The translations under genes and the position numbers were made by a program. From assembly GCA_963811165.1 (NCBI GenBank), contig CAWEQH010000008.1:384001-448000 (forward strand): DNA of 64,000 nt. The letters run 5' to 3'. The first letter of the stretch is position 1, and each line of letters starts with the position of its first letter. A model generated the notes under the pieces. The model did not search any database and was not told where the DNA came from. It was given only the letters and a program-made list of their open reading frames with translations. The DNA is from an uncultured Nitrospiraceae bacterium (GTDB taxonomy: Bacteria > Nitrospirota > Thermodesulfovibrionia > Thermodesulfovibrionales > UBA6898). Shown piece by piece: positions 1 to 10,067 of this stretch.

Positions 1-57
1 AATTTGGACAAAAAGAAACGTTGCTGCGAATATCACCAAAAAAAATTTTGACATCAT
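1..57 (-). CDS. 5' end of a secreted protein running off the window (possibly the next T2SS gene)
   Basis: GGAGG SD (62-66, minus strand) then ATG at 57; reads MMSKFFLVIFAATFLFVQI..., signal-peptide-like and open to the window edge. Not in the ORF track. Confidence 0.6.
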   Translation of the reverse strand, partial: MMSKFFLVIFAATFLFVQI

Positions 58-221
58 CAAACCTCCGAAAAAATATTGTTTTTTTACTCTATCACACCAT
101 TCAAAGAGAATTCAAAATGGCAAAGAGAAGAAAAATGGCGCATGAGGATGACCCTATTCTTTCTCGATTTGGCGGATCCGGCAGTTCCGAAAGCTGCGCG
201 TAGTTTTTCCTGCCAGCGGCA

Positions 222-995
222 TCAGCATGTCGGTTCCAAAGGCGTGACATGGCTTAGCTGTGCATTGTAGTTCGAAGGCCGACTAACGTTCCGCCTGAAG
301 AGCGTTCTAGGTACCGGCGCCGCTCCAGGTGCCGGTTGCGGATTTGCGAGCCGCGATGTTGCCGCCCGCCCGACAGGCGGTTGCTGAGGCGGAAAAATTT
401 GTTGTCCCGGTGTTGCAGCCTGAGTACCCGGGACTGTCGTTGCTCCCTCTCTCGTTTTTGACTTGGATGGATCGTTGAGAGACACAGCCAATTTTTCATC
501 TCCCCTGGCCATGACGACCTTGTCAGTGTCTATTTCCTTAACGACAAAGCCGCTCAATGCCTCTCCCACCCTGAGTGGTATTTGTTTTTTCCCCCTAGTT
601 GGTGCATTCTGGGGGGCTTTCCTGTCTTCCATGTATGCGATCCGGAGATCGTTTTCTATCAGCGTTCCGTACAGGACGAACTCGGGCTTGGGAAGGGGTA
701 TTACGGCAATGTCTTTCTTTTCGGGCGGTATCCTTCTTTCCGGGTGAAAAATGTTTTGTTCGGCTATAAGAAAGTAATCCGATGGTGAAGGGCTCTTGCT
801 TTCTACCGGCTTTTCAGTAGTCTTCGAAGGGACGGCCGTCGGTATTTTCGATGAAGGTGCCGTTAATTTAAGGCTTTTGCCTGAAAGAGGCATGAGCATG
901 TTATTGGCAAAGACAATGAGGACCGCCGCCAGCACGATATTGACCACGCTGAAATTGCTGAGTATCAATCTTGTCCTGCCCATACTATTTGCCAC
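222..995 (-). CDS. T2SS GspC-like protein (N-terminal TM, HR-like domain, Pro-rich tail)
   Basis: TM segment, NIFHPER motif and LYGT...VGEALSGFVVKEIDTDKVVM pattern typical of GspC/PilP-like domains; last full gene of the gsp operon. Confidence 0.6.
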   Translation of the reverse strand: MANSMGRTRLILSNFSVVNIVLAAVLIVFANNMLMPLSGKSLKLTAPSSKIPTAVPSKTTEKPVESKSPSPSDYFLIAEQNIFHPERRIPPEKKDIAVIPLPKPEFVLYGTLIENDLRIAYMEDRKAPQNAPTRGKKQIPLRVGEALSGFVVKEIDTDKVVMARGDEKLAVSLNDPSKSKTREGATTVPGTQAATPGQQIFPPQQPPVGRAATSRLANPQPAPGAAPVPRTLFRRNVSRPSNYNAQLSHVTPLEPTC

Positions 996-1536
996 CCGTA
1001 AGGGCCGACACGTCCAGCTTTATCAGGAGGTCTCTGGGCTCCCTGAAGTTCCTCACCCTGGTATCGAGTTCTTTCACGACAAGATAAGGTGTCCTCGATT
1101 CTATTGAAAAAAGAATGTCTTCGAGTGCCCGTATATCGGGCAGTACCGCGTCTATGCTGACGGTGATGACCTTGAACTTGCCGTGGTCTTCGGGTTTCCC
1201 GACACGTTCGCTCGAAATGGACCCGCCCCTGCCTGCGACAATGCCCTTGATCGTTTCTTGGAGCGTGGCGGCCGAAAGAGAAAGCGTCTGTCCCTCGATC
1301 AATTTGGTCTTGTCCGCTTGCTGCTCATCTTTCAATGCGGCTATCTGTTTTTCGAGGTTCGGCTTCTCCGCAATGAGTGCGTTTGACTTTTCGAGTATTC
1401 TCAAGCCCACTGTCTGCTCCTCTTTGATAGTGTCAAGGTCCGACTTTACCCTCTTGTAGCCATAATTGTAGACCGCAAAGACCAAAAGCCCCAGCATGAG
1501 CGGCATCGTGAGTATAAGAGTCTTATTTTTTTTCAT
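985..1536 (-). CDS. gspM: T2SS GspM-like protein
   Basis: N-terminal TM, coiled coil and C-terminal ferredoxin-like region (IESRTPYLVVKELD); position after gspL. Confidence 0.75.
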   Translation of the reverse strand: MKKNKTLILTMPLMLGLLVFAVYNYGYKRVKSDLDTIKEEQTVGLRILEKSNALIAEKPNLEKQIAALKDEQQADKTKLIEGQTLSLSAATLQETIKGIVAGRGGSISSERVGKPEDHGKFKVITVSIDAVLPDIRALEDILFSIESRTPYLVVKELDTRVRNFREPRDLLIKLDVSALTGGK

Positions 1537-3106
1537 TTTTCGGCCTTTCTCCTGCCGTCTTTTTCACTCCGCTGTCCGTTTTTTGGGCTGGTTCGCTCTT
1601 TTTAATGCCCTCAATCTCCATCTTAATGACAAACCTGTCCGAATTCATCTTCACGTCTCTGAATGTCGGAGACGCGAACTCGACTTTTTGGAAGAGTTTC
1701 GATGCCTCCAGTTTCGGCAGGAGTTCACTGGCCGATGCAGCATAGCCCTCTATATCGACCCCTGTCTCTGTGACCCTGACACGCGTCAACCATGTTGACT
1801 TGGGAAGGACGACGGTAAGTTCTTTGATGATATTCAACACCATAGGCCTGTCTTCCTTGAAACCTCTTATTGAGGCTATCTCGGCGGCTAAATCCTTGGT
1901 CGTCTTTTTCAAGTCTTCGACTTTTTTTACCTCTACCTTTTTCGAAGCGGCCTCATGCGTTATTTCGGCGAGCCTCTTTTTTTCTACGCGCAAAGGTGCG
2001 AGAAGGTAGATGACCCACACGACGATAATAGCCGCCGTCAGTATGACCGTGGATATCACTGGGGGCTTTTGCTTTGCATACACGCCTCTTTTAAGAAGGT
2101 TCATTCCCCTGTCACGTTCCTGCAGCGTCTCTATCAGGCTTCCCACCGCGCCATAGGGGACCTCTTGCGAAGTCTGGGCGAACTTTATCCTGGCGTCCGT
2201 CGGTCTCAATAATGAGAAGGGTACACTCAGCCGGACCTTAAGTAATTCAACAAGAGAAGGACTGTTATTCTTAAAATGTGCGACGATCTTGGGCGACTTG
2301 CCCCGTTCCTTCGAGGCCTCGATAAGCTTTTTCAACGATGCAGAGATAGTCTCCGCCCTGGAGCTGTCGTCGGTCGCCGTAAAGAAGCCGGAGAAAACCT
2401 GCACCAGTGAGCCCCCGGTGAATTGTGCCCCTTCGTATTCCTTTTCATCAATCCCTATGAAGAGGATGTCTGAATCTTTTTCCTTCTGCCCGCAAAGCGC
2501 GGTAATGCCTGCAAGGTCGACGGTAATTCCGCTTATGGTAAATCCGTTTTCCGAAAGGGAGGTCATATAGGGCATTACCGCATCTGCCCTGGCCGCCATG
2601 ATAAGCAGGACGATTTTCTCACCGTCCTCTTTCAATACCCTGAAATCAAAAAACGCCTCATCGGAAGTGAAGGGTGTGATTCTGTCCATCTCATAGGCCA
2701 CGACAGACGCCAAATTCTCTTTTACCGTGGAGGGGAATTCGACCGTCCTTATGATCGTCCATGCCTTTGGGATGCTCAGCGTGATTCCGGTCCTGGGCGC
2801 GCCGAATTCGTTTACCGCAAGCGCCAGAGACGATACCATTTCATCCGGCTGAGGATATCTTGAGGTGCCTTCCAAGGGATATGTCTTTGCGCCATACACG
2901 GTCGTCCCTGAAAGGAATTTCGTACCGTAAGCAACAGAGATGTTCCCCTTTCCGATTGATACGGCGAGGCCCTTTTGAGGAAAGATCATGTCATCGGCCG
3001 GACTGAAAGTGAGTACCCTCTGAAGAAAACTCCCCAGTTTCATCAGCCTCGGGAGCGATCCGTGGGCAAAGGTCGTTAATTTCTTAAGTGTGATCGCTTC
3101 CGCCAT
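1523..3106 (-). CDS. gspL: T2SS GspL (actin-like cytoplasmic domain + TM + PilN-like periplasmic domain)
   Basis: IIRTVEFP...YEMDRITPF actin-like region, MNLL before the TM, C-terminal LPKSTWLT...IEGYAASASELL PilN signature. Confidence 0.8.
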   Translation of the reverse strand: MAEAITLKKLTTFAHGSLPRLMKLGSFLQRVLTFSPADDMIFPQKGLAVSIGKGNISVAYGTKFLSGTTVYGAKTYPLEGTSRYPQPDEMVSSLALAVNEFGAPRTGITLSIPKAWTIIRTVEFPSTVKENLASVVAYEMDRITPFTSDEAFFDFRVLKEDGEKIVLLIMAARADAVMPYMTSLSENGFTISGITVDLAGITALCGQKEKDSDILFIGIDEKEYEGAQFTGGSLVQVFSGFFTATDDSSRAETISASLKKLIEASKERGKSPKIVAHFKNNSPSLVELLKVRLSVPFSLLRPTDARIKFAQTSQEVPYGAVGSLIETLQERDRGMNLLKRGVYAKQKPPVISTVILTAAIIVVWVIYLLAPLRVEKKRLAEITHEAASKKVEVKKVEDLKKTTKDLAAEIASIRGFKEDRPMVLNIIKELTVVLPKSTWLTRVRVTETGVDIEGYAASASELLPKLEASKLFQKVEFASPTFRDVKMNSDRFVIKMEIEGIKKSEPAQKTDSGVKKTAGERPKNEKK

Positions 3107-4142
3107 CGCTCTCCGTCTGGTCCTTTACCGGGTTCTTTGCAGGACTCTTATAATACATGTACTTAACCTTGTTATCTTGTCCCATCACGATCGTCGCCTT
3201 GACCGTGTACGGACCTTTTGCGTCGCCTTTGTAAGCCGAAGATTCTATCGTAAAGACGTTGCCTGCCCCCCCCAAGGTAATGAGCGAGTTAAACGGTGGC
3301 TTAACGGCCGCGAGCATCCCCTGAATGTTTGCCGCACTTGCAGCATCAGCGGGATTTCCACGCGAACTCACTATCGCCTCAGCGGCCTCGGCTGTTATGC
3401 CTGGGACAGCCATCAAGACCTCCTTTGGTGCGGCGTTTGCGTTGATTGGTGCGGCGGCTGCGTTGCCCGGGCCGCTCGTCGAATTTACGGTCAATAAATC
3501 TATCAAACCCTTATTCTTTCCGGTGCCGTACAGTATCTCCGGGGTCATTCCCTTTACCAGCAAAAGTTCTTCCAGCGTATCAAAATCGGCGTCCTTCGCC
3601 TTATACGGGTTCGGAAGAGACGTGTAGTAGTCACTTTCAGCGCCGTGAAGCCTGGTAAGGTCATCAGCGTCTTTCCAGTCTAAAACGGAGTCGACTATTG
3701 TGTCCGCCTGCTCTTCCTCAACGCCGGAATTCATCAAAACGTTCTTCAATATTATAGCAGACGAGTCGTTTAGTGTGTTGATGTTTATCTTACCGGACTC
3801 ATCGATGATGCTGACCGTATAATATCCGTCTTCCGTCTTGACGGTATTTGGAGTGCCGTCCGTTTTCCATGCCTCGCCGCCCTCAGGGGGGATCTGGGCA
3901 CCGGGAGGGTTCATTTTTGCGTAGGCGATTTCTATAATGCCCCTCTCTATGCCGGCCTCTGCGAGAAATTTTTTTTCAACACCTTGTTTAAATGCCAGTG
4001 AAGCCTGAGTCTCCGTCCGCCCCGTGTAAGAGAAGGCCAGGACAATGACCATAAGCACCGTCAATACCCATAAGACCATGATTAGGGCGATCCCCCTCTC
4101 ATCTCCTGCTGAAGACTTTAATGGTCCTCCGGCAGACATCAT
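3084..4142 (-). CDS. gspK: T2SS minor pseudopilin GspK
   Basis: RG|IALIMVLWVL class III signal, DESGKININ, DWKDADD, EELLLVKG motifs. Confidence 0.92.
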   Translation of the reverse strand: MMSAGGPLKSSAGDERGIALIMVLWVLTVLMVIVLAFSYTGRTETQASLAFKQGVEKKFLAEAGIERGIIEIAYAKMNPPGAQIPPEGGEAWKTDGTPNTVKTEDGYYTVSIIDESGKININTLNDSSAIILKNVLMNSGVEEEQADTIVDSVLDWKDADDLTRLHGAESDYYTSLPNPYKAKDADFDTLEELLLVKGMTPEILYGTGKNKGLIDLLTVNSTSGPGNAAAAPINANAAPKEVLMAVPGITAEAAEAIVSSRGNPADAASAANIQGMLAAVKPPFNSLITLGGAGNVFTIESSAYKGDAKGPYTVKATIVMGQDNKVKYMYYKSPAKNPVKDQTESDGGSDHT

Positions 4143-4801
4143 TTCATGATACCCGGAGTGACTGTGGCGGCGTTGGCGACGGCCTTCTCGTTGAGAGACG
4201 CGGCGGCCCTTACCGGGATGATGAAGGCAAAATTATTTTGGCCCGACACGAGATGGAGTTTGACCTTCTCGGGGATGTTGATATCGTCCGTCCACTCATC
4301 CGTCCAGCTGCCTTTTTCGTCTGTTGGGCCCTTGGAATAATATTCGAAATAAACCTTGTCAAAAGAGCCCAACAGCGGCGTCTCCGTGCCTTTGTCCATG
4401 CCCGCTATATTTTCAGTCGCCTTCATGGTCTGTTTTCCGTCGTTGCCGGTCTCAACGGCGTAGGACACCACCGTGTATCCTCTCTGCCCCCCCCAGATTG
4501 AATAGTCGGTCGAAAATTTCAGAGAGTCTCTGGCCGCCTTGAAGTAGCGTTTTTTTTCTCCGTTGTCGTCATAGGTGAGGCCTGTCATGGACTGGATCTG
4601 GGCCTCGATGATGTTAAGTGATGTCCTCATGCGCTCGAGGGCGTCTATCCTCTTTTCCCCCCTGTCGACGGACTGAATGCCGAGTCTCATCGCCCCCGCC
4701 ACAATGACGACGATGATGGCGGTCATCGCTATGGCGATCATCAGCTCTAAGAGTGTGAACCCGCGGCTGTCAAGCCTTCTGCATCCGGTGTTTTTTATCA
4801 T
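4139..4801 (-). CDS. gspJ: T2SS minor pseudopilin GspJ
   Basis: RG|FTLLELMIA prepilin cleavage/methylation motif; size and order. Confidence 0.8.
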   Translation of the reverse strand: MIKNTGCRRLDSRGFTLLELMIAIAMTAIIVVIVAGAMRLGIQSVDRGEKRIDALERMRTSLNIIEAQIQSMTGLTYDDNGEKKRYFKAARDSLKFSTDYSIWGGQRGYTVVSYAVETGNDGKQTMKATENIAGMDKGTETPLLGSFDKVYFEYYSKGPTDEKGSWTDEWTDDINIPEKVKLHLVSGQNNFAFIIPVRAAASLNEKAVANAATVTPGIMK

Positions 4802-5211
4802 ACCTTCTTGGGTATCGCCTTCATGGTCTTGAGCGTTAACGCGCGCTCCTTGACGCCGTCTTTCCAGTGCACAACAAGTTGTATCTGAAGGAGCTTCAAA
4901 GGAAGGTTCTCGGTCCTTCCTTCTTCGGCGTTTGTTATTGCAACGTCTATCCTGTATCCGTCCGGCGTTGTCTCCGACGATGACTTCTCGGAGATGTCCT
5001 CGTCGTCAAGGACTTCCCGCATCGCCGACTCCGCCTTCATTACCGCCTTCGCCAGATCCTCCGAAATAGCGATCCCTCTTAGGTTTGCCGAGAAAAGCTG
5101 GATGATCACTATGAGGGCGATGCTGAGGAGCGCCAGGGCAACAAGGACCTCGAGAAGCGTAAAGCCCCGGCTTGAGGAAAAAGGGAAACGCGGCTTCCGA
5201 TATGCCGGCAT
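4798..5211 (-). CDS. gspI: T2SS minor pseudopilin GspI
   Basis: RG|FTLLEVLVALALL; size and order. Confidence 0.8.
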   Translation of the reverse strand: MPAYRKPRFPFSSSRGFTLLEVLVALALLSIALIVIIQLFSANLRGIAISEDLAKAVMKAESAMREVLDDEDISEKSSSETTPDGYRIDVAITNAEEGRTENLPLKLLQIQLVVHWKDGVKERALTLKTMKAIPKKV

Positions 5212-5646
5212 CTATTTCACCACCGCAGAGCCCACGATGGGATCGAGCTCGATGCGGACGGTTTTTTTTGAGTTCCAAAGGACAATTGTGCCGCCCTGGG
5301 TTCCGCCGGTGGGAGGAAAATCGAACTGATATTTGCCCGTCTGGACGTCACCCTGCAGCGGGTCAACTACCTTGATGGAAATCCCCGGGGGGATGTCCCT
5401 TGAGGTGACGTTATCAATCCCGAATTTGTGCGCTTCCATATCTATCGTGAGAGTCTGTTTTTCGCCTTTTAATTGTGCCAGGGTCCTGGCATGACGAATA
5501 GAGGCGACCATTTCCCTCGTCGTTGCGCTGAATTTACTTGAAGGCAGCGAATTGGAAAAAAGGACTGCGACCAAAGAAAGCGTCAAGCCGATAAGAAACA
5601 TCACGACGATCAGTTCCAGAAGTGTGAAGCCCTTGTCCTTGTCCAT
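5212..5646 (-). CDS. gspH: T2SS minor pseudopilin GspH/FimT family
   Basis: KG|FTLLELIVV; IRHARTLA and FPPTGGTQGGTIVL GspH-like segments. Confidence 0.8.
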   Translation of the reverse strand: MDKDKGFTLLELIVVMFLIGLTLSLVAVLFSNSLPSSKFSATTREMVASIRHARTLAQLKGEKQTLTIDMEAHKFGIDNVTSRDIPPGISIKVVDPLQGDVQTGKYQFDFPPTGGTQGGTIVLWNSKKTVRIELDPIVGSAVVK

Positions 5647-5659
5647 TATATTATGTTTC

Positions 5660-6853
5660 TTAAACAGGCAGATCTGTGATACTGAAGATTGCCATGAGCA
5701 TCGACAGCACTATAAAACCGATGACCAGTCCCATCCCGAGGATCATGGCCGGCTCCATGAGACTGACGAACCGCTTTATCGCGACGCGCAGGCTCTTTTC
5801 GTAGGTTACGGCCACTTTCAAAAGCATGGTATCGAGCTGGCCGGTCTCCTCTCCCACCTTTATCATAGAGAGGGCGAGGGCCGGGAAGACTTTGGCGTCT
5901 GTAAGGGGAGCGGCGATGCCCTTGCCTTCTTTTGCGCCCTTCGATACCGCGTCGATGGCAGAGGCTATTACCCGGTTGTTGATGATGTCTTTTGCGTTAT
6001 GAAGCGCCTGTAACAGCGGAACACCGCTTCTGATGAGGGTCCCAAGTGTCCGCGCGAACCTTGCGGTCTCTATCTTTTTGATCAAGTCACCCGCCAGCTT
6101 GAGTTTGAAAGAGTCCCACTGGAGTCGTCCCTCATCGGTCTTGACGAAATTTCTGAAAATGACCCATCCTCCGGCGGCGACTGCCAGCAGTATCCACCAG
6201 TAGGAAGCCAAGAAGCCGCTAAAGCCGATGATTATACGGGTCGAAAGCGGTAATTCAGTATGCATTTCAGCAAAAATTACCGAGAACTTAGGGAGGACAT
6301 AGGTCAGCAGCACGATGATCGACGCCCCTCCCGTAAACAGGAGGATAACCGGGTATATCATCGCGGAAAAGACATGGTCTTTCAGTTCCTTTGATGATTC
6401 GAGGAACTCGTTCAGTTTATCGAGCACGACGTCGAGCACACCGCCGGCTTCGCCGGCCCTGATCATATTTACATAGAGTTTAGGAAAGACCCGCGGGTGT
6501 TTCTGGAGCGCGTCTGAAAAGGAACTGCCCTCCCTGATAGATTTCAGCACCGCTTTGATGATGTTCTTCATCTCGTTGCTCTCGGATATGTCGGAAAGGA
6601 TGTTAAGACTCCTGTCGAGCGGTAACCCCGCGCCCAAAAGCGAGGAAAGCTCGGTCGTAAACGTGAGGATGTCCCCGCGCGACGATTTAAGGATAAATCG
6701 TTTCCCTAACCCTTCCTTGGGGGTGGCTATGGTGAGAGGGATGACACCCGAGTTTCTCAGACGTTCTGCGACATCCCGTTCATCTGCTGCTTCTATTACG
6801 CCTTCCACGATGGCGCCGTCTGTGGTGGTGGCCTTGTAAGAAAAGATCCCCAC
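5660..6853 (-). CDS. gspF: T2SS inner membrane platform protein GspF
   Basis: Duplicated T2SSF domains (AGEAGG.LD; VGEETGQLD; MEPAMIL). Confidence 0.95.
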   Translation of the reverse strand: MGIFSYKATTTDGAIVEGVIEAADERDVAERLRNSGVIPLTIATPKEGLGKRFILKSSRGDILTFTTELSSLLGAGLPLDRSLNILSDISESNEMKNIIKAVLKSIREGSSFSDALQKHPRVFPKLYVNMIRAGEAGGVLDVVLDKLNEFLESSKELKDHVFSAMIYPVILLFTGGASIIVLLTYVLPKFSVIFAEMHTELPLSTRIIIGFSGFLASYWWILLAVAAGGWVIFRNFVKTDEGRLQWDSFKLKLAGDLIKKIETARFARTLGTLIRSGVPLLQALHNAKDIINNRVIASAIDAVSKGAKEGKGIAAPLTDAKVFPALALSMIKVGEETGQLDTMLLKVAVTYEKSLRVAIKRFVSLMEPAMILGMGLVIGFIVLSMLMAIFSITDLPV

Positions 6854-8391
6854 TATACCTCCTGTGTTACCCTGAGTACCTCGCTGAGAGTTGTGGTCCC
6901 TTCCCTTATCTTTTCAATACCGTCTTCCAGAAGAGTTCGCATCCCGTGCTGCTTGGCCGAGTCTCTGAGCTGGTTGGAGTCAGCGCTCTTGAGGATCAGT
7001 CTGCGGACGTCGTCATCCACAAGCAGCAGCTCGAAGATCCCCAACCTGCCGAAGTAGCCTGTATAGGCACAGTGTTCGCAGCCTTTTCCCGTATAGATAG
7101 TAACATCACTGCTGATCCCGAGCTTCTCGAGACCTTCCCTGTCGGCGGACGTGTCCACCGTCTTACAGGATGGGCAGATGATCCTTACAAGCCTTTGCGC
7201 GAGAATTCCCCTGACGGTAGAGGACAGGAGAAAATTCTCGACCCCCATATCCAGCAGCCTCGTGATGGCAGTCGGCGCGTCGTTCGTATGCAGCGTCGAA
7301 AAAACAAGATGGCCTGTCAGTGCAGACTGGATCGCTATCTCGGCGGTTTCGAGGTCCCTGATCTCGCCGATCATGATGATGTCGGGGTCCTGCCTTACGA
7401 TATGGCGCAGCGTGCTGGCAAAATTCAGGCCGATCTGAGGCTTGACCTGGATCTGGTTTACTCCCTTGAGCTGGTATTCGACAGGGTCCTCAACCGTGAT
7501 TATCTTTCTGTCCGGCGAGTTTATCTTGTCGAGCGCGCCGTAAAGGGTTGTTGTTTTTCCGCTGCCGGTCGGACCGGTGACAAGTATGATGCCGTTAGGT
7601 TTTGTGATGACCTGGTTGAAACCTTCGAGAGTTGCCTGCGGAAAACCGAGAAGATCGAGATCTACTACGATGCCTTCTTTATGAAGTATCCTCATGACTA
7701 TGCTCTCTCCGTGCATAACCGGTATGGTCGAAACCCTGAGGTCGACTTCTTTCGTGCCTACCTTGAGCTTTATCCTGCCGTCCTGGGGGAGTCTTCTCTC
7801 GGCGATATTGAGCTTTGCCATGATCTTTAACCTCGAAACTATCGCAGCCTGCAGTTTCTTCGGCGTGGATTCGGTTTCGTGCAGGACACCGTCTATGCGG
7901 TACCTGACCTTCAGTTCATCCTCGAAGGGTTCTATATGGATATCGCTCGCCCTGCTCTCGATCGCCCTGGTCAGCACGAGGTTGACGAGTCTGATGATCG
8001 GCGCCTCCGAGGCGAGGTCTTTCAAATGCCCGACATCTTCCTCTTCCTCCTTGACGAACTCAAACCCCCTCTCCCCCATGTCCTCGACTATCTTGTTTAT
8101 GTTTTGGGGCTCGTTGCCGTAAAACTTGGCTATATAATCGCTGAGGGCCTTTGGATCGGCGGCATACACCGTAACCTCTGCCGAGGTTGCCACCCTCAGG
8201 GCATCGATAGTCTGGCCGTCTTCGGGGTTTGCCATCGCCACCTTCAGTCTGTTTTGCTTGAGTTCCAGAGGAACGATCAGGCTCTCTCGAATAAAACGGG
8301 AAGATATACCGTTCAGGACAAAAGGGACCTTAGGCAGGTCTTCGGCCATCAGAAAGGGACTATTTACCGCGGCGGTATCTGAATCGGACAT
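6853..8391 (-). CDS. gspE: T2SS secretion ATPase GspE
   Basis: Walker A GPTGSGKTT, RASDIHIEP, TVEDPVEY, RQDPDIIMIGEIRD, Zn-binding CPSC/CEHC. Confidence 0.95.
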   Translation of the reverse strand: MSDSDTAAVNSPFLMAEDLPKVPFVLNGISSRFIRESLIVPLELKQNRLKVAMANPEDGQTIDALRVATSAEVTVYAADPKALSDYIAKFYGNEPQNINKIVEDMGERGFEFVKEEEEDVGHLKDLASEAPIIRLVNLVLTRAIESRASDIHIEPFEDELKVRYRIDGVLHETESTPKKLQAAIVSRLKIMAKLNIAERRLPQDGRIKLKVGTKEVDLRVSTIPVMHGESIVMRILHKEGIVVDLDLLGFPQATLEGFNQVITKPNGIILVTGPTGSGKTTTLYGALDKINSPDRKIITVEDPVEYQLKGVNQIQVKPQIGLNFASTLRHIVRQDPDIIMIGEIRDLETAEIAIQSALTGHLVFSTLHTNDAPTAITRLLDMGVENFLLSSTVRGILAQRLVRIICPSCKTVDTSADREGLEKLGISSDVTIYTGKGCEHCAYTGYFGRLGIFELLLVDDDVRRLILKSADSNQLRDSAKQHGMRTLLEDGIEKIREGTTTLSEVLRVTQEV

Positions 8392-8397
8392 ACAAAA

Positions 8398-8406
8398 AGT
8401 ATACCA
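8398..8406 (-). promoter_or_regulatory. extended -10 promoter (TGgTATACT) 6 nt before the gspE ATG, likely leaderless
   Basis: Minus strand reads TGGTATACTttttgtATG; no SD present. Confidence 0.5.
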
Positions 8407-8525
8407 TAGGGGGGAATTTTTTTACCAAGAACAGGCCCTAAGGCTCCGCAGCTAAAGGTAATTTCAGTAAAAGAAAGCATTACTGTATAATACCTGGGAA
8501 AGAGGACAAAGGCACGATCAATAGC

Positions 8526-9428
8526 ATGACAAGCGTCATTATTCCTATAAAAAGCGCCGGCAATGAGGTGCGTGATCTTTTGGCCAAATTAAAGGCACAG
8601 ACCATCCAGTCAGAGATAATAATTGTCGACTCTTCGTGCTCTGATGAAGCAGCCGGTATTGCCGGATCTTTCGGCGCGAGGTTGGTGAAGGTCAAAAAGG
8701 GGGAGTTCGACCACGGAGGCACACGGACCATGGCGGCAAAAGTGGCGAAAGGCGACATCCTGATTTTTTTCACACAGGACGTTTTGCCCTTCGATGACCG
8801 GTCGACTGAAAACCTCGTGCGGCCTTTCGAGGACGAGACTGTTGGGGCGGCATTCGGAAGACAGGTGCCTTATCCCGATGCCTCACCCTTTGCGGCGCAC
8901 CTCAGACTTTTCAATTACCCGGAAACGTCCTCTCTTCGGAGCATAGCGGACAAAGAAAAATTTAAGATCAAGACCCCATTTTTATCGAATGCGTTTTCGG
9001 CGTACAGGAAAAAAGCCCTTCTCGAAGTCGGCGGGTTCAAGGAGAGACTGATCTTGGCAGAGGATACCTATGCGGGCGCTAAATTATTGCTCGCGGGGTA
9101 CAAGATAGCCTATACGGCAGATGCAGCGGTCTACCACTCGCACAATTATACGGCCTTCCAGGAATTTCAGAGGTACTTCGACATCGGCGTCTTTCACGAA
9201 AGCGAAGGGTGGATACTGGAAGAGTTCGGCAGGGCGGAAGGCGAAGGGATGCGGTACGTAAGGTCGGGGATTTCGTTCCTGATACATCATGGGAAACGCC
9301 ATCTTCTCCCGGAATTCATGATACGAAATTTTATGAAGTACACCGGATATTTTATGGGAAGGAACTTTGAGAGACTTCCTTTGGGACTGACGAGGAGGCT
9401 TAGCATGCACCGGCACTGGTGGGGATGA
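8526..9428 (+). CDS. GT2 family glycosyltransferase (rhamnosyltransferase-like)
   Basis: SVIIP...IIIVDS, FDHGGTR, FFTQD, RQVP, AEDT, VYHSHNY, RYFDIG. Confidence 0.88.
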   Translation: MTSVIIPIKSAGNEVRDLLAKLKAQTIQSEIIIVDSSCSDEAAGIAGSFGARLVKVKKGEFDHGGTRTMAAKVAKGDILIFFTQDVLPFDDRSTENLVRPFEDETVGAAFGRQVPYPDASPFAAHLRLFNYPETSSLRSIADKEKFKIKTPFLSNAFSAYRKKALLEVGGFKERLILAEDTYAGAKLLLAGYKIAYTADAAVYHSHNYTAFQEFQRYFDIGVFHESEGWILEEFGRAEGEGMRYVRSGISFLIHHGKRHLLPEFMIRNFMKYTGYFMGRNFERLPLGLTRRLSMHRHWWG

Positions 9429-9558
9429 ATAACCGCTGAATCCGCTCTGATGCAGCAATCACGCAAAATTGGTGGTCATGGCTGACCGGTTCTCTGGCGG
9501 AAAAAAGGCGCATTATTTATAATAAGGAAGTTGACTTCTGACGGCGTGGAGAGGCGTA

Positions 9559-10041
9559 ATGGTTCCCAAAAAAAAGAAAAAGCAGTTAAGGCCCGGATGG
9601 GACGAATATTTTATCAATATCGCCAAGGCGGTCTCTGCGCGCGCAACGTGCCTCAGGCGCAGATACGGCGCGGTCATTACAAAGGACAATATTATCGTCA
9701 GCACCGGGTATAATGGGGCGGCATCGGGGGTTAAGGACTGTATGGACGTCGGCAAGTGTACGAGGAAGGAACTGCAGATACCGCACGGCGAGCGGTACGA
9801 GCTCTGCCATAGCGTGCACGCCGAGGCGAATGCGATAATCCGGGCCTCTGCTGATGAACTGACAGGCGCAACTATTTATATATCAGGGGCGGACAGCGGG
9901 GCGGGCGAATGTCTTTCCGAGCCCTGCATGATGTGCAAGAGGATGATCCTGAACGCAGGGATAGTAAAGGTTGTCTACTCAGACGGCGACGGCTCGTATC
10001 ATCTCATTAAGCCCGCGCAGTGGCTCAAGAAGCGCATCTGA
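9559..10041 (+). CDS. dCMP deaminase / ComE-B family
   Basis: RPGWDEYF, TGYNG, HAEANA and PCMMC zinc deaminase motifs. Confidence 0.92.
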   Translation: MVPKKKKKQLRPGWDEYFINIAKAVSARATCLRRRYGAVITKDNIIVSTGYNGAASGVKDCMDVGKCTRKELQIPHGERYELCHSVHAEANAIIRASADELTGATIYISGADSGAGECLSEPCMMCKRMILNAGIVKVVYSDGDGSYHLIKPAQWLKKRI

Positions 10042-10067
10042 AGTTCCCGTCCAAACTGTTCAAATAT

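Noticed and set aside
21..270. Plus-strand ORFs 21-203 and 76-270
   Set aside because: No motifs; they overlap the SD and start of a better-supported minus-strand gene and the gspC-like end
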